Positions 28,654 to 37,735 are shown, counted from the first letter of the stretch. The stretch: DNA of 64,000 nt from Deltaproteobacteria bacterium (GCA_030646755.1 JAUSKU010000033.1:28-64027); one strand, 5' to 3'. A program made the numbers and translations. Notes: a model not told the origin generated them from the sequence alone.

Positions 28654-29124
28654 GTGAAACACTTTTTAACTGCTATATCCTTATTAGTATTTTTTGTATC
28701 CAACTCACTCGCACAGTCACAAACCGTCTTTTCAGGTATGCCCACAGTCAAAATCAATGAAGGTGGCATCGAGCGATTTCCAGAACAATTGTCACAAAAG
28801 ACGGCGACAGGTATTAGATGTGTGATAAGCAAAATAGGTGACAAGTATTACTGGGCAACCAGAGAAAATAAAGAGATGTTCCGTAGAGTAAGTGGAGCCT
28901 TCATTGTTTATTTTGCAGCTGATGGCGCTGGGTATGTTAAGATCATCTCTCCAGAACGAAAGCAATTATTTTTAGAAGAACTTAAGAAAAATCCAAAATT
29001 AAAAGAAATACCAGGGCTTGTGTTGACTGAGACGGAAGAGAAGTTTGACTATGTAGAACATCTATCGTTTGGATTAAAAAGTATTTCATATTATGGAACG
29101 ATGGTGGATTTTGACGATAATTGA
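28654..29124 (+). CDS. Secreted hypothetical protein (cassette 4)
   Basis: GTG start after AGGAGGAG; signal peptide ending SLA; followed by attC4. Confidence 0.75.
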   Translation: MKHFLTAISLLVFFVSNSLAQSQTVFSGMPTVKINEGGIERFPEQLSQKTATGIRCVISKIGDKYYWATRENKEMFRRVSGAFIVYFAADGAGYVKIISPERKQLFLEELKKNPKLKEIPGLVLTETEEKFDYVEHLSFGLKSISYYGTMVDFDDN

Positions 29125-29130
29125 AAAAAT

Positions 29131-29262
29131 GCCTAACAATCAGATGCACGTGAACGAGTGCCACAGGAGGCTTTTTAGGGTGACGATGTTTTCAATCTGC
29201 AAATCGGCTTTTTCCTTTCTCATGTCTTGTAGTGGCACTCGTCAGTGATCAGGACGTTAGCT
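29131..29262 (+). mobile_element. attC4 (132 bp), same family as attC2
   Basis: GCCTAAC..GAACGAGTGCCACAGGA ... GTGGCACTCGTCAGTGATC..GTTAGCT. Confidence 0.9.
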
Positions 29263-29279
29263 CTCAAAGAAAGAGACCG

Positions 29280-30368
29280 ATGAGCGACACACCCTCAGAA
29301 GTGTTCATCAGCTATAGCCATGATGATCCAGCACACATTGCCCGTGTCTTGGCTCTGTCGAACAAACTCAGGAGCGAGGGAGTCAATTGCATACTGGATC
29401 AATATGAAGAATCACCTGCGGAGGGCTGGCCCAGGTGGATGGATCGGAAGATCCACACTGCTGAATTCGTTCTGATGGTGTGTACTGAGCCCTACCTGAA
29501 ACGGGTTATGGGAGAAGAGGCCGCCGGGCAAGGGCTCGGAATACGGTGGGAAGGCAATCTAATTTACCAACTTATCTACAACGCGGGAACCAGCAACACA
29601 AAGTTCATACCAGTGATCTTCGGGAAAGAAGACAAAGCCTTCATCCCTACTCCTCTTCAGGGATCTACATTCTACAAAGTGGCGGACCCGACTGATTACG
29701 ACAAACTATATGCTCGATTGACAGGCCAAGTGTATACCGCAAAACCAACTCTCGGCCCCCGTAGACCACTGCCGCAGTTGCCAGTCAAGACAGATGTGTC
29801 GGCATTTCTGTTTGGCCCTATCGATGTTGACCTATGGAACCGTGCTGGTTGGAAGGGGACACTATATATGGTGGCGAGAGATCGGCCACCTGTTTTGGGG
29901 CTATTTTTTGCTGATGGGGCTGCGGGGCGAAGAATATTCGAAAACTGGCACAAGCGTTACGGTGAGAGCGATTCATATGAAGAGCTCAGGATCTCCATCG
30001 TTGAAGGTGATATCCCTAACGAAGAACCGGGCTACTCTGTTCACATCGGGGCCGATCTCGAAAACTCGGTGAAAAGGTTCAGGGCAGCCGGCATGTCAGT
30101 AGATAAGGACTATGACCATTTCATCATGATTAGCAGGCTCCACCGAATGCACCCGGAGCCAGAGTCGCGCTACTTGGAAATGTTCAAGAATGCCGTTCGA
30201 CACTTCAAGACTTTCTACCTTGTTCCTGTAGAGATGAAGGGCACAGAGCCGCGGCCAATGCTGGACGTCAAAATACGCAAGGGGACCATTCACTTTCGCA
30301 CAGTGGAAGACATCGGTGATAATGACCCAGATCTGGCCGTCCTCAAGGAAAAATATGAGGCGAGCTAA
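29280..30368 (+). CDS. SEFIR/TIR-domain protein with an unknown C-terminal domain (cassette 5)
   Basis: VFISYSHD, L...GV.CILDQY, GWPRWM, VLMVCT..Y, KFIPV; stop codon lies in inverse core AGCTAAC. Confidence 0.8.
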   Translation: MSDTPSEVFISYSHDDPAHIARVLALSNKLRSEGVNCILDQYEESPAEGWPRWMDRKIHTAEFVLMVCTEPYLKRVMGEEAAGQGLGIRWEGNLIYQLIYNAGTSNTKFIPVIFGKEDKAFIPTPLQGSTFYKVADPTDYDKLYARLTGQVYTAKPTLGPRRPLPQLPVKTDVSAFLFGPIDVDLWNRAGWKGTLYMVARDRPPVLGLFFADGAAGRRIFENWHKRYGESDSYEELRISIVEGDIPNEEPGYSVHIGADLENSVKRFRAAGMSVDKDYDHFIMISRLHRMHPEPESRYLEMFKNAVRHFKTFYLVPVEMKGTEPRPMLDVKIRKGTIHFRTVEDIGDNDPDLAVLKEKYEAS

Positions 30369-30595
30369 CCAGGCAATGCAGCCGGATAAATAGGGGTCAG
30401 CGACCATTAAGAAAGTGAATCATGCCGGGCTTTTCCTCAAGGGGCAATAGCGGCGTTTGCAGGCGTGGGGCACGGGGGTCAGGCTTTGTTATTTTGATAT
30501 TGTGAAATAAACCCTCTGGATTCCAGCTTGAAGACTGCCGGAATGACGAACAACAAAGGCACAACCCACCAAAATCCAAAAAATTCAAAAACAAG

Positions 30596-30624
30596 TTGAC
30601 AAACTGTTGTTTATAAGCAACAAT
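30596..30624 (+). promoter_or_regulatory. TA promoter with palindromic operator
   Basis: TTGACA(30596) overlapped by TGTTGTTTATAAGCAACA(30605-30622). Confidence 0.55.
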
Positions 30625-30631
30625 GCTTTCT

Positions 30632-30964
30632 ATGAACACCGTCTATAATGTAAAATACTATGAGACGGAAAATGGTGAAAGGCCTTTTCAGGAATGGCTT
30701 GATAGCTTGAAGGATATAACAGGTCGAGCTAAAGTTCACATCAGGATAGACAGGGCGAGGCTTGGAAATTTTGGCGATACCAACTCCGTTGGTGAAGGTG
30801 TCCATGAACTGAAGATCAATTATGGTCCCGGTTACAGGATTTACTACGCGCTGGATGGTAAAAGGCTTATATTGCTGCTGTTCGGCGGCGATAAATCGAA
30901 ACAGTCGAGAGACATTAACCAGGCAAAAGCATATTGGAAGGATCAAAAGAGGAGAAAGAGATGA
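30632..30964 (+). CDS. RelE/HigB-like addiction module killer (Gp49-like toxin)
   Basis: PFQEWLDSLKD, RIDR..LGNFGD, GVHELKI.YGPGYRIYY, LL.GGDKS.Q. Confidence 0.9.
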   Translation: MNTVYNVKYYETENGERPFQEWLDSLKDITGRAKVHIRIDRARLGNFGDTNSVGEGVHELKINYGPGYRIYYALDGKRLILLLFGGDKSKQSRDINQAKAYWKDQKRRKR

Positions 30965-31266
30965 GTAAGAAAAAAACAGACTACCAAGAAGATTTGATAG
31001 AGTGGCTTAAAGACTCCGAACATGCTGCCGCCTATCTAAATGAAGCTATTGAAGAAGGAGACAAGGAATTATTCCTGCTGGCGCTGCGTAATGTTGCGGA
31101 GGCACGGGGCGGCATGTCTGCAATTGCCGAAAAGGCACATCTGAATCGTGAAAACCTTTACCGGATGTTGTCAAAAAGAGGAAATCCTGAAATCAAGAGC
31201 ATTTTCAATCTACTTCATGCTATAGGCTTGAGACTAACTATTGAGCCTGAATTAAAAGCTGCTTAA
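30961..31266 (+). CDS. HTH addiction module antidote protein
   Basis: AAAYLNEA, LLALRNVAEARGGM, LNRENLYRMLS..GNP. Confidence 0.9.
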   Translation: MSKKKTDYQEDLIEWLKDSEHAAAYLNEAIEEGDKELFLLALRNVAEARGGMSAIAEKAHLNRENLYRMLSKRGNPEIKSIFNLLHAIGLRLTIEPELKAA

Positions 31267-31397
31267 AAGCCGGATAAATTCAAGACTATTCCCGTATCTT
31301 TGCTGAACATCCTGGCAGGTCGGCCTCCGCCACCATCCATCGTCGGGCACAACCTAACTTAACTTTATATGATAGAGCATGGCTATCACGATCAACT

Positions 31398-31940
31398 TTA
31401 TGATTCAACAATTCCCATTCCCTTCAGTGCCTCTTCATAGGCCTTCAGATCCCTGTCCGAGAAGAGGACAAAGCGGATGAGCTTTGGATTCCTGTGTGTT
31501 TTAATGAAGTCGATTGCCGATCCTAATGCTATCCCTGCAGCCTCATTTATCGGATAGCCGTAAGCCCCTGTGCTGATGGACGGAAAAGAGATACTCTGGA
31601 CACCTTTTTCAACTGCTATTTTAAGGGAATTTCTGTAAGCAGAGGCAAGAAGTTCCGGCTCACCGCTCTTGCCATCCCTGTATATCGGGCCTACCGTATG
31701 TATCACGTATCTCGCCTTGAGGTTCCCGCCGGTTGTAATAACCGCCTGGCCTGTGGGGCATCCTCCGATCCTCCGGCATTCCTCCATAATTTTAGGCCCC
31801 CCGGCCCTGTGGATCGCGCCGTCCACTCCGCCGCCCCCAGCAAGCGCGGAGTTTGCGGCATTGACTATGGCCTCGGTCTCCTCCTGGGTTATGTCGCCTC
31901 TAAGAAGGGAAAGGGTCGAGTCATCTATTTTTATCTCCAT
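31398..31940 (-). CDS. Macrodomain O-acetyl-ADP-ribose deacetylase (YmdB-like)
   Basis: GDIT, AIVNAAN, GGGGVDGAIHRAGG, VIHTVGP, FPSISTGAYGYP. Confidence 0.92.
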   Translation of the reverse strand: MEIKIDDSTLSLLRGDITQEETEAIVNAANSALAGGGGVDGAIHRAGGPKIMEECRRIGGCPTGQAVITTGGNLKARYVIHTVGPIYRDGKSGEPELLASAYRNSLKIAVEKGVQSISFPSISTGAYGYPINEAAGIALGSAIDFIKTHRNPKLIRFVLFSDRDLKAYEEALKGMGIVES

Positions 31941-32025
31941 AGGATACAATATATCAGATTCGTGATCATTTATCACCGGGTCTTTTCTGTTGCCACGAGG
32001 CTCTATCTTTTGTTATCCTGTGAAC

Positions 32026-32910
32026 ATGGAAAATAAATGGATCGAGATAAAGGTAGAGGTCCCATTTGGCAGGGTTGATGAGGTTTCTGCATATTTTATA
32101 GGTATGGGTTCAGGAGGGGTTGTGACCGGGGGTGGAGAGGTGGATGCCTTTGATATCCCTGAGCAGGCCAGGGATAAGGCGGAAATAAAGGCATATTTCT
32201 TACCAGATGAGGCACCTGAAAAGGCGGCTGAGATCAAGGGTTACCTTGAGGGTCTCGGCCTGGAGTTCGGTATATCCGTTTCAGATATCAAGGATGACGA
32301 CTGGGCCCATAAATGGAAGGAGTTCTTTAAGCCTGAGAAGATAACAGACAGGATAGTTATAAAGCCTACATGGGAGGCTTATGAGGCCAAAGAAGGCGAA
32401 ATAGTGATAGAAATTGACCCTGGTATGGCCTTTGGGACAGGGACCCACCCGACTACAAGGGGCTGCCTGAGGCTTATAGAAGAGGTTGTTTCAAGAGGCG
32501 GGATTGAGACCATGCTGGATGTGGGGACTGGCTCAGGTATCCTTGCCATAGCAGCCGCCAGGCTGGGTGTACAAAGGACAATAGCCATAGATCTGGACTC
32601 AGCTGCAGTCAAGGTTGCCGAAGAGAATATTGCATTAAATAAGGTAGAAAACCAGGTCCGCGTTGCCAAGATAAAGGTAGACATTATATATGTAATGTTT
32701 CACCTGGTTGTTGCCAACATAATAGCAGAGGAGATTGTGAGACTCTCAAAGACGCTGAAGGACAGGGTTGCGCCCAGTGGGCATCTTATACTCTCAGGGA
32801 TCGTTGCCGAGAAGGCGGATATGGTAAAGGAGGCCTTCAAAGAGCTTTCTCTTGAGAAGGAACTTCAAGAGGGGGAATGGGTTTCCCTACTTTACAAAAG
32901 GAAGGGTTGA
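32026..32910 (+). CDS. prmA: Ribosomal protein L11 methyltransferase
   Basis: DW..KWKEFFKP, IDPGMAFGTGTHPTT, LDVGTGSGIL, VANI. Confidence 0.94.
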   Translation: MENKWIEIKVEVPFGRVDEVSAYFIGMGSGGVVTGGGEVDAFDIPEQARDKAEIKAYFLPDEAPEKAAEIKGYLEGLGLEFGISVSDIKDDDWAHKWKEFFKPEKITDRIVIKPTWEAYEAKEGEIVIEIDPGMAFGTGTHPTTRGCLRLIEEVVSRGGIETMLDVGTGSGILAIAAARLGVQRTIAIDLDSAAVKVAEENIALNKVENQVRVAKIKVDIIYVMFHLVVANIIAEEIVRLSKTLKDRVAPSGHLILSGIVAEKADMVKEAFKELSLEKELQEGEWVSLLYKRKG

Positions 32911-33668
32911 TGCATCGTTTTTATATTGATGAGAGGATGAATGTCGGAGGCAAGGCTTATATAAAAGGCCCGGAGGCCAGACATGTCAAAGACGTCCTCC
33001 GCCTCAGGGCAGGCGATAAGGTTTCCCTGTTTGACGGAAGCGGGATGGAGTTCAGTGGTGAGATAACCGGGATTGCCAGAGATCAGGTGTCTGTCGATAT
33101 CTTGGAAGAAAAAGAGGGAGAGACAGAGTCTCCTATAGAGATCATCCTGGGCCAGGGGATTCCAAAGTCCGACAAGATGGACCTGATTGTACAAAAGAGC
33201 ACCGAGCTCGGGGTATCAAAGATAGTCCCCATTTATACGGAGAGGGTTGTCCCAAAGTCCTTCAGTCCGAATAAGCTTGAGAGGTGGAGGAGGATTGCCG
33301 TTGAGGCTTGCAAACAGTCCGGCAGGGTTAAGGTCCCAGTCATATCTGAGCCGGTTAAGATAGATGAGTTTATAAGGAGCGCTGAGGCTTCATATCTAAA
33401 GCTTATACCGTGGGAAGGAGAAAAGGAGACTTCGCTGAAAAAACTCCTTCCAGCTTCTCTCGAAAACAATAAGGTTTCATTAATAGTAGGCCCGGAGGGA
33501 GGTCTGACTGAGCCTGAAATTGAGCTTGCAAAAAGAAGCGGCTTTCTCCCTGTTTCACTCGGAAAAAGGATACTGAGGACTGAGACGGTCTCACTATCCC
33601 TCCTTTCCATTATCCAGTATATATATGGCGATATCTCAAGAGAAAAAACCATTAAAGACAATCCTTGA
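32910..33668 (+). CDS. rsmE: 16S rRNA m3U1498 methyltransferase
   Basis: HVKDVLRL, QKSTELGV, EACKQSGR, VGPEGGL, LGKRILRTET. Confidence 0.95.
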   Translation: MHRFYIDERMNVGGKAYIKGPEARHVKDVLRLRAGDKVSLFDGSGMEFSGEITGIARDQVSVDILEEKEGETESPIEIILGQGIPKSDKMDLIVQKSTELGVSKIVPIYTERVVPKSFSPNKLERWRRIAVEACKQSGRVKVPVISEPVKIDEFIRSAEASYLKLIPWEGEKETSLKKLLPASLENNKVSLIVGPEGGLTEPEIELAKRSGFLPVSLGKRILRTETVSLSLLSIIQYIYGDISREKTIKDNP

Positions 33669-33688
33669 CTATTCCTTGAGTGCAACTT

Positions 33689-33866
33689 AATACTACCCAA
33701 GAATAGACATTGAAAATGATAAACCCCAAAATCTCCCCTCCCCTGGCGGGAGGGGATTAAGGGGAGGGGGAACCGGCTTGATGATGTCTCACCCTCACCC
33801 CAACCCTCTCCCGTCAAGGGAGAGGGGGAATTTGAGGAAGTCAATGTCTATTTTTGGGATACTATT
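33689..33866. mobile_element. MITE-like element enclosing two CCCCTCCC/CCCTCTCCC palindromes
   Basis: About 25-bp TIRs AATACTACCCAAGAATAGACATTGA / TCAATGTCTATTTTTGGGATACTATT. Confidence 0.7.
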
Positions 33867-33935
33867 TTGATATTGACAAGTTCAAAAATTAGTTGTTATA
33901 GTGCAGACACTTTACTTTAAGCTGGAGGTATAAAA

Positions 33936-34220
33936 ATGGCTGATGAGAAAGATATTGTTGGGATAAAAAACGGCACGGACTTTTCAAGGCGCGCCTTCAT
34001 TAAGAAGACACTGCTTATTGGTGTTGCTGTTGCGTCTACTGCCGCGGTTGCGAAAAAGGTTGCATCGGTTACGCCCAGACAAGACCTTCGCGGAGCTTAT
34101 TTAAACGATGAGATTCAGCAGGACAAGGTCATGAAAGGCAAGGAGTACGTTGTGATGAGCAAGGAAGAGAAGGAACAGATGTTGCAGATGTTTGTAAAAG
34201 AATACCAGTATACGGCCTAA
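33936..34220 (+). CDS. Small twin-arginine signal protein
   Basis: SRRAFIK Tat motif; GGAGG RBS; promoter TTGACA-N18-TATAGT at 33873-33902. Confidence 0.7.
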   Translation: MADEKDIVGIKNGTDFSRRAFIKKTLLIGVAVASTAAVAKKVASVTPRQDLRGAYLNDEIQQDKVMKGKEYVVMSKEEKEQMLQMFVKEYQYTA

Positions 34221-34297
34221 ACAAAATAAAGGTATAGGTAGGGTTTGAGATTTTTCTAAACCTTTACCTTTACCTGACTTATTGTAGGGGGAGAGTA

Positions 34298-35329
34298 ATG
34301 TCAACAGAAGAAAAGAAGGAAACAGAGGGAACAGATATAAGCCGCCGTCAGTTTTTTAAGGAGGCTGGAGCGATAAGCGCTGCAGTTGCGGCTGCTGCCG
34401 CGTCAAGCGTCATTGCCCCTGAGGAAGCCGAGGCAAGGACGACATTTGCCGAGATGTTCCAGAAGAATTACAGGCTGATGACCGATGAGGAAAAGAAAGA
34501 GGCTATAGCACGTCTGGAACAGCGGCATTCTGAGGAATACGGCAAGAAGGTGACCGTTGACGGTTCTCCTGCCATAAAGGATGTGTTGTTCGGGTATGCC
34601 CTTAACATACAGAAGTGTATAGGATGCAGACGCTGCGTCCATGCCTGCGTCAAGGAAAATAACCAGTCCCGCCACGACCCTGAGATCCAGTGGATAAGGG
34701 TCATAAAGATGGAGAAGGGGAACTTCACTGTTGATGATATGAACAAGGGGTACCCGGCTAATGCTAATGAGTCCTTCGGTATCCAGGTTGGCGGAAACGC
34801 CTATAAGAACTCCGGCGTTGCTCTGGAAGGACAGCACTATTACCAGCCCGAAACCGTACCTGAGAAGGACGCTTTCTACTTCCCCATACAGTGCCATCAG
34901 TGCGAAAAGCCGCCATGCGTAAAAGTTTGTCCAGTCAGGACAACATACAGGGACCCTGACGGCATAGTCGTCATAGATTACAACTGGTGCATAGGCTGCA
35001 GGATGTGCGTGGCCGCCTGCCCGTACTGGGCAAGGAGATTCAATTGGGGCGACCCTAATCTCCCGGCTGAGGAGATGAACCCGAATACGCACTATCTTGG
35101 AAACAGGCCGCGCATGAGAGGAGTGGTTGAAAAGTGCACCTTCTGTCTCCAGAGGACAAGAAAGGGCAGATATACAGCATGCCTTGAAGTTTGTCCTGTA
35201 GGGGCAAGGAAGTTCGGCAACCTCCTTGATCCTGAGAGCGAGGTCAGTAAGATACTTGACAGGAAGAAGGTCTTCAGGCTGAAGGCTGACATGAACACAT
35301 ATCCCAAGTTCTTCTATTTTATTGATTAA
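34298..35329 (+). CDS. Tat-exported 4x[4Fe-4S] protein (NrfC/DsrO/HmcB-like)
   Basis: SRRQFFK; CIGCRRC, CHQCEKPPC, CIGCRMC, KCTFC. Confidence 0.9.
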   Translation: MSTEEKKETEGTDISRRQFFKEAGAISAAVAAAAASSVIAPEEAEARTTFAEMFQKNYRLMTDEEKKEAIARLEQRHSEEYGKKVTVDGSPAIKDVLFGYALNIQKCIGCRRCVHACVKENNQSRHDPEIQWIRVIKMEKGNFTVDDMNKGYPANANESFGIQVGGNAYKNSGVALEGQHYYQPETVPEKDAFYFPIQCHQCEKPPCVKVCPVRTTYRDPDGIVVIDYNWCIGCRMCVAACPYWARRFNWGDPNLPAEEMNPNTHYLGNRPRMRGVVEKCTFCLQRTRKGRYTACLEVCPVGARKFGNLLDPESEVSKILDRKKVFRLKADMNTYPKFFYFID

Positions 35330-35341
35330 AGGGGTACAGTT

Positions 35342-36580
35342 ATGAAAAGTAAGATCGATTTTGTTTTGGATTTCTTCTCTTACGGTTTGAAGGGTGGGGC
35401 TAAATATTATACATGGCTCGGCATCCTTGCACTGTTTATCCTCCCCTGGGCATACGGCAGCTACCAGCAGTTAGTAGCCAAAGGGATGATAGTCGCGGGG
35501 TATACGGACCAGATATCGTGGGCCATATATGAAGGGAACTTCGTCTTTCTGGTCGGAGTCGCTGCAGCGGCCGTGACGGTTGTCTTTCCCTATTATGTTT
35601 ACCATTACAAACCGCTGAAAAATGTGGTTCTGATTGGGGAGATGCTGGCGATAACCGCGGTCATCATGGTTATCCTCTTTATCCTGTTCCACATGGGAAG
35701 GCCCGACAGGCTCTGGCATTTAATACCGATTATCGGGATATTCAACTGGCCCAACTCCATGCTGACATGGGACATTCTGGTTCTTAACGGCTACCTGGGT
35801 CTCAATATTATCTGCGGTTTTTACAGCATGTACAAAAGGTATACCGGCCAACCCCTTAATGAAAAGTTTTATATGACATTTGTTTATATCTCCATTGTAT
35901 GGGCCCTCAGCATCCACACTGTTACTGCATTCCTGATGAACACAATGCCTACAAGGCCGATGTGGTTCCACTCATTAATGCCCATCAAGTTTATATCCAC
36001 GGCCTTTGCTGGTGGTCCCGCATTGATCATAGTGGCCCTCCTGACCGTAAGGAAGAATACCAAGCTTGAGATCCCGGATGAGGCAATTAATCTCCTGTCA
36101 CAGATCGTAGTCTGGTGTCTTGGGATAGCTCTCTTCCTTATTCTTTCCGAGGTTGTCACCGAGCTCTATCCAAGCACAGAGCATTCATTTCAGTTGAAGT
36201 ACGCAATGTTCGGGATGTTCGGCCTGACCAAGATGGCCCCATGGATGTGGGCATCGTATATAATGATGATCGGCTCCTTCATACTGCTGCTTATACCAAG
36301 CGTCAGGAAGAACTATACAATATTGCCAATAATATGTGTGACTCTCTTCATCGGAATCTGGATCGATAAAGGGCTTGCCCTTGTCATCCCAGGGATGATT
36401 CCATCCCCGATTGGCGAGTTCTCAGAATATACACCGACATGGATAGAGATCTTCATCGTTGCAGGTAACTGGGCCATCGGCTTCATGATCTTTACGATAT
36501 TGGCAAAGGGCGCTATAGGCGTTATGCTTGGCGATGTGCTGCATCCGAGCGCCGTAGGGAAAAAGGTCGCACACCATTAA
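35342..36580 (+). CDS. NrfD/DsrP/PsrC-family membrane quinol-interacting subunit
   Basis: W..Y.GNFVFLVGVAAAAV, MGRPDR, SMLTWD, SIHTVTAFL, YTPTW.E. Confidence 0.88.
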   Translation: MKSKIDFVLDFFSYGLKGGAKYYTWLGILALFILPWAYGSYQQLVAKGMIVAGYTDQISWAIYEGNFVFLVGVAAAAVTVVFPYYVYHYKPLKNVVLIGEMLAITAVIMVILFILFHMGRPDRLWHLIPIIGIFNWPNSMLTWDILVLNGYLGLNIICGFYSMYKRYTGQPLNEKFYMTFVYISIVWALSIHTVTAFLMNTMPTRPMWFHSLMPIKFISTAFAGGPALIIVALLTVRKNTKLEIPDEAINLLSQIVVWCLGIALFLILSEVVTELYPSTEHSFQLKYAMFGMFGLTKMAPWMWASYIMMIGSFILLLIPSVRKNYTILPIICVTLFIGIWIDKGLALVIPGMIPSPIGEFSEYTPTWIEIFIVAGNWAIGFMIFTILAKGAIGVMLGDVLHPSAVGKKVAHH

Positions 36581-36582
36581 AT

Positions 36583-36638
36583 GTAGGGGCACCTCTTGCA
36601 GGTGCCCAAAAAAGGGCGGTCACAAGGCCCGCCCCTAC
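36583..36638. repeat. GTAG-type REP pair
   Basis: GTAGGGGCACCTCTTGCAGGTGCCC..AGGGCGG..CCGCCCCTAC. Confidence 0.7.
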
Positions 36639-36659
36639 AGCGTTTAAGGAGAGAAGGGA

Positions 36660-37550
36660 ATGAAGACAAGAAGGATTATAAAAGTGACGTTTGGCGCCTT
36701 AGTTGTCGGTACAATGATCTTCGGAAGCGGTCGCTTTCAGACTCAGGCCCAACAGGAACAGCCTGTCCAATCGGCAGCTGCAACTGCTCCGGTAACGGAC
36801 TGCTTTGAAAGCAGGGAAGGTTATACTGCGGTAACGAGGGTTGAAAATGTGACGCCGGACGGCAACCCTAATGTAAAGTGTTCACCTACCACCAACGGGG
36901 TTTTGTGGTGGGGTGATCCGTTTGACGGAACTGTCCCTATGGGAGATATGCCTGCTTTTGGTCCTGATGATAAAACCAGGGGAGATTATGAGACTGAGGA
37001 GGCCGTGGTAAAGCCAAGGGAGCCCATGCTCATGTATTTCAATATGGAGCCTACCCAGAATTGCGCCTTCTGTCACAATGGCCAGACGGTTCCTTTTCCA
37101 ACGGACAAAAACCCAAGGCTGCTTGCAGCCCATCAGGACATAGTTGAGAATTCTATGCAGCTGATGCACGGCAGGGCTGCCTTCTGGTGCCTTGACTGCC
37201 ACAATGCAACAAACAGGAACAAGCTGATAGACCATAAGGGTAATGAGGTGTCCTTTAACCAGCCCCAGCAGCTATGCGGGAAGTGTCATGGTGAGGTATA
37301 CATCGACTGGAGGATGGGGATCCACGGAAAGAGGATCGGTTCATGGACGAAGGGCGGCAAGAAGAGGTGGTGGGTCTGCACTGAATGCCATAACCCTCAT
37401 ACGGTTCAGGTCAACAGGTTCCAGGCAATCAAACCGGAACTGGCTCCTGCGCTGCCGAAGGGGATGAAGGACGCAGCCCATGAACAGCACCACGGCGGAG
37501 GTCCCGCACCTGCTGCGGGTCACGGAGAGGCCGCTCCGGCAAAACATTAA
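36660..37550 (+). CDS. Periplasmic tetrahaem cytochrome c
   Basis: Signal peptide; CAFCH, CLDCH, CGKCH, CTECH. Confidence 0.88.
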   Translation: MKTRRIIKVTFGALVVGTMIFGSGRFQTQAQQEQPVQSAAATAPVTDCFESREGYTAVTRVENVTPDGNPNVKCSPTTNGVLWWGDPFDGTVPMGDMPAFGPDDKTRGDYETEEAVVKPREPMLMYFNMEPTQNCAFCHNGQTVPFPTDKNPRLLAAHQDIVENSMQLMHGRAAFWCLDCHNATNRNKLIDHKGNEVSFNQPQQLCGKCHGEVYIDWRMGIHGKRIGSWTKGGKKRWWVCTECHNPHTVQVNRFQAIKPELAPALPKGMKDAAHEQHHGGGPAPAAGHGEAAPAKH

Positions 37551-37570
37551 TAAGTCTTAGGTTCAGTCTT

Positions 37571-37602
37571 AAAAGGCAAGGGATATCTCCCTTGCCTTTT
37601 TT
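37571..37602 (+). terminator. Intrinsic terminator
   Basis: AAAAGGCAAGGGA-TATC-TCCCTTGCCTTTTTT. Confidence 0.85.
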
Positions 37603-37735
37603 ATTTCCTGAAGATTATTTCCCATAACGTCCAGCCCAGCACTTTTGCCAAATTTTCCTATAGTTTACAGTTTAAGCTAAGCTGAAAAAAGTGGACACCA
37701 AAATTAAGGTAAAATAACTTAATGGAGGTGTCAGT

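Larger units (their letters stand above)
26821..30390 (+). mobile_element. Integron gene-cassette array of five cassettes, with no intI in the window
   Basis: Each cassette begins with GTTRRRY and ends with its complement: GTTAGAT/ATCTAAC, GTTATGC/GCATAAC, GTTAAGT/ACCTAAC (one mismatch), GTTAGGC/GCCTAAC, GTTAGCT/AGCTAAC. Confidence 0.9.

Noticed and set aside
26983-29279. Extended N-termini in the ORF track (26983, 27736, 29232; also 2393 and 19433)
   Set aside because: They run through attC sites or a terminator; downstream ATG codons, most with a clear RBS, are better starts.
31398-31940. Macrodomain as a partner of the SEFIR cassette (Thoeris-like)
   Set aside because: It is a canonical stand-alone YmdB-like protein on the opposite strand, outside the array and divergent from prmA.
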